From Phycisphaerae bacterium (GTDB taxonomy: Bacteria; Planctomycetota; Phycisphaerae; UBA1845), in NCBI GenBank assembly GCA_029260075.1, contig JAJDDY010000012.1, positions 2,176-66,175 on the forward strand: DNA of 64,000 nucleotides, read 5' to 3'. The position numbers were made by a program, and so were the translations under genes. The notes beneath the pieces were generated by a model that saw only the letters and a list, made by a program, of their open reading frames with translations, was not told the DNA's origin and searched no databases. Below, piece after piece: positions 56,785-64,000 of this stretch. Every line of letters begins with the position of its first letter. Position 1 is the first letter of the stretch.

Positions 56785-56865
56785 CCGAGCCGCGACCGTG
56801 AGGGAGTGTTTTCAAGCTGTCTCCGCCGGCTTTCGAACGTCCGCTTCCTTACGGGCGCGGCTCGG
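56785..56865. repeat. Family-A element, copy A9 (loop subtype 2, inverted)
   Basis: TCCGAGCCGCGACCGTGAGGGAGTGTTTTCAAGCTGTCTCCGCCGGCTTTCGAACGTCCGCTTCCTTACGGGCGCGGCTCGG. Confidence 0.8.
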
Positions 56866-57113
56866 TAACCCCTTCATTCGATGTGGGACAGAGCATTCGT
56901 TGCACATGTGCTCCCCCAGCTTCCAGTCCGAGTTAAAGCTACAAGTCAGATTTCTTATTGACAATGTATCTCAGCATATGGTAGCCAACTGCAATCCCCC
57001 TGCTCATCGCGACGCCAACACGGAACTTGCGCTGTGTCGGCCTTGCGTTGAGAAGTTGCAACGGACCCGGGTGGCCCACCTCTTCAGAGGCGTTGAGGTC
57101 GAATCCGGCGTAG

Positions 57114-57153
57114 ATTCGACTCCCCCACGGCCAAAGCCATGGGCCACCCAACC
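57114..57153. repeat. Family-C repeat, partial copy C4
   Basis: GATTCGACTCCCCCACGGCCAAAGCCATGGGCCACCCAACC matches 40009-40049 of copy C3. Confidence 0.7.
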
Positions 57154-57477
57154 TGTCGATGGATCGCAGAAAAGCTGGTGGAACCCGCACTACCCTCGGT
57201 GTGCCGCAGTTTCAGGTAACCCCGTCTTGGAGGGGTCCGTGCCACTTCCGGCGGGAGGGGTGCGCCGAGTCAGAGCCGCAGGCGCCAGCCTGCGGACTCC
57301 CTGCGTCAGCATGTCACCGGGCTTGCGCCCGGTGCTCTGAAAAGCGCCCGACGCCGATTCTGTCACGCACCCGTCTTGGAGTTCGGTCGGTTTTCGGTTT
57401 GCATTTCCCCGGCTATGACGTACGATAAGGGGCTCGATAGACCAGTGAAGTTTTTTGAAGACACAGGACACGAAGCC

Positions 57478-57726
57478 ATGAAACAGGGCATTCATCCCGA
57501 GTACGTCGATTGCACGGTCCACTGCGGTTGCGGAGAGACCTGGCAAACGCGGAGCACCACTGCGCAGATCAAGATCGAAATCTGCTCAGCCTGCCATCCG
57601 TTCTACCAGGATGACGGCTCGTCGAAGATGGTCGACGCCTTGGGTCGCGTCGGACGATTCACCAAGAAGTTCGGCGGCGATTACTTCAACAAGCCGGACA
57701 AGAAGGCCAAGCCGCGACGCCGTTAG
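57478..57726 (+). CDS. rpmE: 50S ribosomal protein L31
   Basis: ATG 57478 (MKQGIHPEYVDCTVHCGCGETWQTRST...CSACHPFY). Confidence 0.95.
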   Translation: MKQGIHPEYVDCTVHCGCGETWQTRSTTAQIKIEICSACHPFYQDDGSSKMVDALGRVGRFTKKFGGDYFNKPDKKAKPRRR

Positions 57727-57760
57727 CGATCCGCCATACGTTAACAGGCCGTTGAAGAAA

Positions 57761-57797
57761 GTGTGGCACGGGCTTCCAGCCGGTGATCCATTAGCGA
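57761..57797. repeat. Family-B hairpin repeat, copy B6 (terminator-like, after rpmE)
   Basis: GTGTGGCACGGGCTTCCAGCCGGTGATCCATTAGCGA, 35 nt after the rpmE stop. Confidence 0.75.
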
Positions 57798-58134
57798 CTT
57801 CCCCCAGTTGTTGGGGACGCGGTTCATTGTCAGGGGCGAGATCGCCACGACGCGCTTGAACGCCGGCTATCTTCAACAAGTTGGTCTAACGTCGGTAGCG
57901 CGGATCATGTCGTTCGAGATGAGCGGCGCGGGCGGTTCGTGGCTCGTATCTTCGACGGCGAAGGCTGTTTCCCGACCACCACTTGATTGCGGAAGAACAT
58001 GACCACGCCTGCCGCCCTTTTCGGGCGACGCGCGTGGTCTTTGCATGTACGGTTCGCGCCGCTACTGTGCGTGTGGTGCGGACGAAGCCGCGCGGCATTC
58101 ATCGAACGGTTTCTGACGTTGCGGATACAAGAGT

Positions 58135-59229
58135 ATGGCCCAAGAAGTCAACGAAAGATTGATCGCCAAGCTCGGGGAGCTCAAAGCACGCCACGACGTG
58201 CTGAACGAGCAACTTGTAGACCCGGTTATCGCGGTCGACCCCACCCAGACGATCGCGATCACCAAAGAGCTGGGTCGACTGCGCCGCCTCGTGGAGCCGT
58301 TCTGCGAATTCACTCGCGTTTGCGAGGAGCTCGACGACGCCCGAGCCATGGCTGTCGACCCGGCGCAAGACGATGACCTCCGTGCCCTCGCGGAGGCTGA
58401 GGTTGGCCCCTTGACGGCGCAGCACGATGACTTGTTGGAAGGCCTGAAGTTTGCGCTTGTCAGCGACGACGACGCTTCGATCACGTCGATCATCGTGGAG
58501 ATTCGCGCCGGAACCGGAGGCGCCGAAGCCGCGTTGTTCGTGCGCGATCTCTATGAGATGTACCTTCGCTACTGCGAAAAGAAGAAACTATCCATGGAAG
58601 TGCTCGACCAGAGCGGGCGCGATATGGGTGGGTTCAAAGAAATCATTCTGAACGTGAAGGGGCCGGATGTCTATCGTCTGTTGGGTTATGAAGGCGGCGG
58701 TCATCGCGTGCAGCGCGTACCCGCCACCGAGGCCCAAGGTCGCATCCACACCTCCGCCGCTACTGTGGCTGTGCTCCCCGAGCCCGAAGAGGTCAACATC
58801 GACATCAATTGGGACACCGATACCGAAGAATTCGTGTCGCGCGCCGGCGGACCGGGCGGACAAAACGTCAACAAGGTGTCGTCCGCCATTCGACTCGTTC
58901 ACCTGGCCACGAACATCACCGTTTCCATGCGCGATGAAAAGAGCCAACACAAGAACCGCGCCAAAGCGCGACGCATTATGCAAACAAGACTCTACGATCA
59001 TTTCCAACGAGAGAACAACGCCGAACGGGCCAGCGTTAGAAAGACCATGGTCGGAAGCGGCGATCGATCCCAAAGAATACGGACCTACAATTTTCCGCAA
59101 AACCGCGTGACGGATCATCGAATCGGACTGGACCTTCACAGCCTCGAAAAGATCATGCAGGGCGAGCTCGATGAACTGATCGAAGCCCTACAAACCCACG
59201 ACAAAGAAGAGCGCATCAAGAACCTCTAG
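58135..59229 (+). CDS. prfA: Peptide chain release factor 1
   Basis: RVPATEAQGRIHTS (the PxT tripeptide is the RF1 type) and GPGGQNVNK (GGQ motif). Confidence 0.96.
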   Translation: MAQEVNERLIAKLGELKARHDVLNEQLVDPVIAVDPTQTIAITKELGRLRRLVEPFCEFTRVCEELDDARAMAVDPAQDDDLRALAEAEVGPLTAQHDDLLEGLKFALVSDDDASITSIIVEIRAGTGGAEAALFVRDLYEMYLRYCEKKKLSMEVLDQSGRDMGGFKEIILNVKGPDVYRLLGYEGGGHRVQRVPATEAQGRIHTSAATVAVLPEPEEVNIDINWDTDTEEFVSRAGGPGGQNVNKVSSAIRLVHLATNITVSMRDEKSQHKNRAKARRIMQTRLYDHFQRENNAERASVRKTMVGSGDRSQRIRTYNFPQNRVTDHRIGLDLHSLEKIMQGELDELIEALQTHDKEERIKNL

Positions 59230-59243
59230 AGCCTGCTGAGAAA

Positions 59244-59287
59244 GTGTGGCACCGGCTTCCAGCCGGTGATCCATTAGCGATTTCCGC
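59244..59287. repeat. Family-B hairpin repeat, copy B7 (terminator-like, after prfA)
   Basis: GTGTGGCACCGGCTTCCAGCCGGTGATCCATTAGCGATTTCCG, 15 nt after the prfA stop. Nearly identical to B6. Confidence 0.75.
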
Positions 59288-59509
59288 CTCTTGACGGGAC
59301 AAGTCCCGTTGTTACGGGCGGGTTCGCGGGGACGTGATTGACTACTAGGCTTGTTCAACAGACTGCTAGCGCAAGCTCGATCCAGCTGTAACGTTCGGGC
59401 ACCGGTTCTTCCCGCTGCTTTGCGACGTTTCCGTCGACAGCGGTGTCGTTGCCGCGTCGTGCTTGGTCGGTGTTTCGTTGCTCGCGAAGTGCGGAATCGC
59501 GTTCGATCG

Positions 59510-60976
59510 CTACTCCGCTGGGTCGTGACGCCCAGCTTCAGCCTCTGCTTCGCGATCCCATACGGATTCGGTAACCGAAGCGACGACAGCGTCTTCTTCT
59601 TCCGGGCGAATCGTGCGGAGGTCGAAACAGATGGCGTCGTCGCGAATGCGTGCGATCACGGGCACCTCGGCGTCGCGGAGGGCGGCGGCTACGTCGTCGG
59701 TGGAAGCGTGCGTGGGTCGCCATTGGACGACGACGGTGGGCAGCGCCCGATCGGGCATCGATCCCCCTCCGGCGTAGGCTACGTCGGAACAAACGAGAAA
59801 CGCTTCGTCCGGCAGACTGGCTTGAAGCTGCTCGGACAACGCGTTGGCGCGATGGGCGAGTTCGTCCGTGGTCGCGGTGAGCATGGCCAGGGTCGGGATT
59901 TCGGCGATGGCCTCTCGTTCGTCCATGCAACAGCGAAGCGTGGCTTCGAGGGCTGTGAGCGTGAGCTTACCCACGCGATAGGTTCGCATGAGCGGGTTGC
60001 GGTCGAGTCGTTCGATCAGGTCGCGCCGCCCTACGATGATACCGCACTGCGGACCGCCCATCAGTTTATCACCGGAGAAGCAGGCGAGGTCGGCGCCGGC
60101 GTTCAGCGACGCACGCACGGTCGGTTCCGCCGACAGACCGTGGGGCATCAAGTCGAACAAGATGCCGCTTCCCATATCGTCGACGGCGATCAAGTCGTGG
60201 CGATGAGCCAGCTCAGCCAATTCGCCGATGGACGTTTCTTCGGTGAACCCGATCACGCGATAGTTGCTGGGGTGGCAGCGGAGCAGCATGGCCGTGCAAT
60301 CGGTGATGGCTTGCTCGTAGTCGGCGATGCGCGTGCGGTTTGTCGTGCCAACTTCGCGCAGCTTGGCCGAGCTGGCGGCCATGATATCCGGTAGTCGAAA
60401 ACTGCCGCCGATTTCGATCAGTTGACCGCGAGACACGATAACTTCGCGATCACTCGCGAAGGTCTGGAGAATCAACAGCGTGGCGGCGGCGTTGTTGTTC
60501 ACGACGGTGGCCGCCTCCGCCCCGGTCACCTCGACGAGGCGATCGGTGACGTGCGTGTTGCGTCGTCCGCGACCGCCCGATTCGAGATTGTACTCCAGGT
60601 TGCAATAGCTACTCGCCGTCTCGGCGATGGCTTCGACAGCCGCATCGCAAAGCGGGGCTCGACCCAAACCCGTATGCAGCACGATGCCGGTCGCGTTGAT
60701 GACGTGACGAAGCGACGGGATGGATCGCCGCGCGAGGTCGTGCTCGGCTGCGGCTAGGATATCTTCCATGTCGATGGGATGCTCAACCCGACCGGACCGG
60801 ATCATCCGCCGGGCCGCCGCGAGCGACTCCTTGAGCGACACGACGACGGCACTCCTCGGAAGGCCTTGAAGCCAATCCTGCACGTCGTCTTGTTCCAGAA
60901 GCGATGAGACCGAGGGCAAGGCGCGCAAGAGTTGATTGGTGTCATCGACCGTGTGCTTGCTCTTCTTCTTGGGCAT
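59510..60976 (-). CDS. selA: L-seryl-tRNA(Sec) selenium transferase
   Basis: LRALPSVSSLL...VINATGIVLHTGLGRAPL...FSGDKLMGGPQCG (PLP-Lys context). The start is ATG 60976, 2 nt after the selB stop, or TTG 60982 overlapping it. Confidence 0.92.
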   Translation of the reverse strand: MPKKKSKHTVDDTNQLLRALPSVSSLLEQDDVQDWLQGLPRSAVVVSLKESLAAARRMIRSGRVEHPIDMEDILAAAEHDLARRSIPSLRHVINATGIVLHTGLGRAPLCDAAVEAIAETASSYCNLEYNLESGGRGRRNTHVTDRLVEVTGAEAATVVNNNAAATLLILQTFASDREVIVSRGQLIEIGGSFRLPDIMAASSAKLREVGTTNRTRIADYEQAITDCTAMLLRCHPSNYRVIGFTEETSIGELAELAHRHDLIAVDDMGSGILFDLMPHGLSAEPTVRASLNAGADLACFSGDKLMGGPQCGIIVGRRDLIERLDRNPLMRTYRVGKLTLTALEATLRCCMDEREAIAEIPTLAMLTATTDELAHRANALSEQLQASLPDEAFLVCSDVAYAGGGSMPDRALPTVVVQWRPTHASTDDVAAALRDAEVPVIARIRDDAICFDLRTIRPEEEDAVVASVTESVWDREAEAEAGRHDPAE

Positions 60977-60978
60977 CG

Positions 60979-62913
60979 TCAACCATCCCTAGGGCTATTG
61001 AGTTCCCGTTTGTCGCCCACGCGCTTTGTGAACCCGACGCGATCGAGGTATTCTAGAAAGGGCACGACGAACTTGCGAGTCGAGTCCAACGCCTCGCGAA
61101 CTTCACCGACGGAAATCCCGCCTTGCTCTTCGATGAGCGCCGTCAGTCGGTCGCGTAGCTGCTGCTCGACTTCGGCGTGAAGGTAGGTCTTCTCGTCGAC
61201 GGCTACCAACTCGCCCATGGCCACCGCCAGCGTGACCATCCGTGCGAGTTGTTTTCGACCGGGGCTTGGCGAAACGTTGATATCTTCCAGGCGGGGCGGC
61301 TGAAAACCGCCGGCTCGAACCTCAGCCACCATCGCAGCCAACAGTTTTTCGTCAGCGGCGGACAGGGCGGGTGCAAACTCTGGAAGACAGATGAATCGGC
61401 CAAATCGCTTCAAGGTGCCGTTGTCCACAAATTCATCGAGCAGCGGGCGCGCCAACGACTTCAGGGTCATGCGCTCGAGATATCCGATCACCGCGTCCGC
61501 CGGTCGACCGGGTAGATCTGGGTTGGCTTTGTGGTAGCGCGTCAACCATGCGGTCACGCGTCGATTCAAACCGGCAACCACGTCCGGAACCGCGAAGATG
61601 TCCGTACCCGCCACGGATGTCCAGCGACCCTCACTTCGCAGTCGGTCGAACGACGCTGGAATATCGGTTAGCTCGATACCCGCATGGGCGCAGAGCGTCA
61701 GGTCGTCGGGGCGCGTGAACCACGCGGAGCGCAACACCTCTTCCAGACGGTCGGCGTCGTCACCGTGGTCGAGTCGTTTCATCCCAGCCACTTGCTCGTC
61801 GTGACTTCGACGTCGCCGACGCATGGCCATGCGCAGCACGACACCACCACCGATTGTTCTGGCTGCGTTCTCGTCACGTATGATGAATCGTTGACCGTAC
61901 GTAGCCGCCACGGCGCTGCCGACGCGCAGTTGGGCGTAGGCTGAGTCGCCCGGTTCCAGGCGATCTCCATCGAACAGAATGACCCGCGCCGGTAGCTCTT
62001 CCGTACCGATTTCAAACCGCACGACCGACGCGGATTTCAACGGTCGACCGCCCCTGAGCGATTGCAGGCGGACGTCGAAGATGCGCGTGGGCGATAGGTA
62101 GCCCGGTGTCGCCAGCTCGCTGCCGCGAACCACGAACGCACGATCGACGCCGCTCACGTTGATAGCCGCACGCTGCCCGCGCTCAATGCCACCCGATTGA
62201 CACCCGTGGCTTTGCAATCCGCGGACTCGACAACTGTGTCCGCCGGGCCAAACGGTCAGTGAATCGCCCTCCGCAACGGCGCCGCGTAGTACGGAACCCG
62301 TGGCCACAGTGCCCCGCCCTTGCACGGTGAACACCCGATCGACGGCCATGCGAAACGGCACAGCGGATGCGATCGTCGGCACGGACGCGCACGCTTCTAT
62401 CAGCGCACTCCTCAAGTCATCCAAACCGCTTTGCGTGATGGACGACACGGGGCAGATTGGTGCGTGTTCGAGGGCGGTACCGGCCAGCAGTTCGCGAACT
62501 TCCTCGCCGACGAGTTCGACCATTTCGTGGTCGACCATGTCCGTCTTGGTGATAGCCACCACGCCGTGCGACACACCCAAGAGGTGCAGTATTTCGACGT
62601 GCTCGATGGTTTGTGGCATCACGGAATCGTCGGCGGCGATGACGATAAGTGCGACGTCGATACCGGTGGCGCCGGCGACCATGGTACGCACGAACCGCTC
62701 GTGACCGGGCACGTCGACGATACCAAACCGCACCGACCCCACGGTCAGCTCGGCGAATCCCAACTCGATGGTCATGCCTCGGCGTCGCTCTTCGGGCAAG
62801 CGGTCGGTGTTGGTTCCGGTCAGAGCGCGAACCAATGACGTTTTGCCGTGGTCGATGTGCCCCGCTGTGCCGAGAATACAGTATCGGCTCGCATCGGTGG
62901 CAGGGTCAGTCAT
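60979..62913 (-). CDS. selB: Selenocysteine-specific translation elongation factor
   Basis: ATG 62913 (MTDPATDASRYCILGTAGHIDHGKTSLVRALTG...DRLPEERRRGMTIELGF). C-terminal winged-helix repeats. The 39 upstream codons of the listed ORF are rejected. Confidence 0.92.
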   Translation of the reverse strand: MTDPATDASRYCILGTAGHIDHGKTSLVRALTGTNTDRLPEERRRGMTIELGFAELTVGSVRFGIVDVPGHERFVRTMVAGATGIDVALIVIAADDSVMPQTIEHVEILHLLGVSHGVVAITKTDMVDHEMVELVGEEVRELLAGTALEHAPICPVSSITQSGLDDLRSALIEACASVPTIASAVPFRMAVDRVFTVQGRGTVATGSVLRGAVAEGDSLTVWPGGHSCRVRGLQSHGCQSGGIERGQRAAINVSGVDRAFVVRGSELATPGYLSPTRIFDVRLQSLRGGRPLKSASVVRFEIGTEELPARVILFDGDRLEPGDSAYAQLRVGSAVAATYGQRFIIRDENAARTIGGGVVLRMAMRRRRRSHDEQVAGMKRLDHGDDADRLEEVLRSAWFTRPDDLTLCAHAGIELTDIPASFDRLRSEGRWTSVAGTDIFAVPDVVAGLNRRVTAWLTRYHKANPDLPGRPADAVIGYLERMTLKSLARPLLDEFVDNGTLKRFGRFICLPEFAPALSAADEKLLAAMVAEVRAGGFQPPRLEDINVSPSPGRKQLARMVTLAVAMGELVAVDEKTYLHAEVEQQLRDRLTALIEEQGGISVGEVREALDSTRKFVVPFLEYLDRVGFTKRVGDKRELNSPRDG

Positions 62914-63129
62914 GTTGGGCGGCTTCGGCGACATGCACCGATTATCGAACCGCATCGGCGGATCGCAAGTGGACATACAAGCAGACACGACGCAACGTGG
63001 TATTATGCTGGCGTGTGTGCGCGCGATCACAGCTGAGTAACTTGTGTCCCCGTGAAGGAAGACTCAAGTCCGCAAGGCCGGTAGCATTGGATTTGCGGCG
63101 ACTGGTTTTGAATAGACGAGGTACTACCG

Positions 63130-64000
63130 ATGAAGTGTTTTCGAACGGGAAGTGTAGCGCTCGTGCTCACGTTGCAGATGGTCGCAGTCTCACCGGCTGC
63201 GGATCCGGCGTGGGTGGTGCGCGGGAAGAGCGGCGTCGTAGCCAGCGATTCTCGACAGGCGTCGCAGGCTGGTTTGTCGATCTTGAAATCCGGCGGTAAT
63301 GCCGTCGACGCTGCGGTGGCGGTCTCGTTCGCCTTGGCTGTGACTCGACCCTACAGCACCGGTTTCGGCGGCGGCGGATTCATGATCGCACGCTTCGCTG
63401 ACAGCAGAGTCTTCGTGCAGGATTTTCGAGAGACCGCCCCGGCAGCAGCCACGGGTGATCTGTTTGTTAAGGCGCGGGAGCGCAACGCGAGCGCAGCGCC
63501 GCCGAGCCGATTCGGATATCTCGCCGCTGGTGTTCCGGGATTGGTGGCCGGGCGGTGCCAAGCCCTGGCACAAATGGGAACAATATCCCTAGAGATGGCG
63601 ATGGCGCCGGCGATTCATCTGGCACGTGACGGGTACCCCGTCGACCCGGACTACGTGAAGAATTCCCATGACGTTATGAAGTTCTACGAGAAATATCCCG
63701 CGCTCAAGAAATCTTGTGGCTATGTGTTTCGTACTCATATGCGTGGCGGGCGAATTCGCCGACCCGGTGATAAGCTCGTTCAGCCGGAACTCGCCCGATT
63801 GCTACAGGGCGTAGCCAAGGGCGGTGCGGAGTTTTTCTACAAGGGTCCGGTGGCCAAGGCGATCGCGACGGCTATGCGTTCCGGCGGCGGGTTGATTACC
63901 GAAAGTGATCTGGCCGGATACGCGCCGATTCAGCGCAAGCCGATCGTCAGCACGTTCCGCGACTACGAAGTAATCGGGATGCCGCCACCCTCGTCGGGCG
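63130..64000 (+). CDS. ggt: Gamma-glutamyltransferase, 3' end beyond window
   Basis: ATG 63130. Signal peptide MKCFRTGSVALVLTLQMVAVSPAA, then GVVASDSRQASQAGLSILKSGGNAVDAAVAVSFALAVTRPYSTGFGGGGFM. The frame is open to nt 64000. Confidence 0.9.
   Translation, partial: MKCFRTGSVALVLTLQMVAVSPAADPAWVVRGKSGVVASDSRQASQAGLSILKSGGNAVDAAVAVSFALAVTRPYSTGFGGGGFMIARFADSRVFVQDFRETAPAAATGDLFVKARERNASAAPPSRFGYLAAGVPGLVAGRCQALAQMGTISLEMAMAPAIHLARDGYPVDPDYVKNSHDVMKFYEKYPALKKSCGYVFRTHMRGGRIRRPGDKLVQPELARLLQGVAKGGAEFFYKGPVAKAIATAMRSGGGLITESDLAGYAPIQRKPIVSTFRDYEVIGMPPPSSG

Noticed and set aside
57387-57404. GG-N10-GC match (CGGTTTTCGGTTTGCAT) upstream of rpmE as a sigma-54 promoter.
   Set aside because: Only the GG and TTGCA parts match, and the -24 context is poor. 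A sigma-54-dependent L31 gene is implausible without further evidence.
57761-57776. TGGCAC inside family-B repeats as a sigma-54 -24 element.
   Set aside because: The sequence 12 nt downstream is TCCA, not the TTGC -12 element. The copies sit after stop codons, not upstream of genes.
9765-59287. Interspersed repeat families as a CRISPR array.
   Set aside because: The copies are kilobases apart, in both orientations, and are palindromic. There is no regular repeat-spacer periodicity and no cas genes.
59230-59509. Search for selC (tRNA-Sec) next to selA/selB; 63031-63129 was also examined.
   Set aside because: No GGAAG... acceptor, no CTTCAAA anticodon loop in the right context, and no T-arm consensus was found in either region.

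Overview
High-GC (about 60% by eye) bacterial chromosome segment. It is probably from a Planctomycetota-like genome; this is inferred from gene content and from dense GGCTGGAAGCC-type hairpin repeats and long palindromic intergenic repeats. Gene order: dnaN (5' partial), a DUF721/DciA-like gene and gyrB; a globin-coupled histidine kinase with a sigma-54 activator; a ~9.9 kb co-oriented Mu-type virion gene cluster; an orphan parB; speH-speE; a low-GC Fic island; asnS; envelope genes (DUF368, and a tilS / GT-C / AsmA-like operon); an 8.3 kb cluster of three radical-SAM enzymes plus GT2, GT-C and a methyltransferase; E2 and E3 of a 2-oxoacid dehydrogenase; a polyferredoxin-TPR fusion; a PPDK_N-domain protein; rpmE; prfA; selB-selA; and a 3'-partial ggt. 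The virion cluster encodes large terminase, DUF935 portal, gpI protease/scaffold, gpT capsid, gp36 adaptor and five uncharacterised genes. It has no transposase/integrase, regulator, replication, lysis, small-terminase or tape-measure genes. parB is preceded by 2.2 kb of non-coding, repeat-rich DNA with two perfect 16-bp parS sites. Three interspersed repeat families (9, 7 and 4 copies) sit at most operon boundaries. No rRNA, tRNA or CRISPR array was recognised. The best candidates for something new are the structural-only virion cluster (GTA-like or domesticated particle) and the radical-SAM/glycosyltransferase cluster. All functional calls rest on motif recognition by eye and need profile searches.
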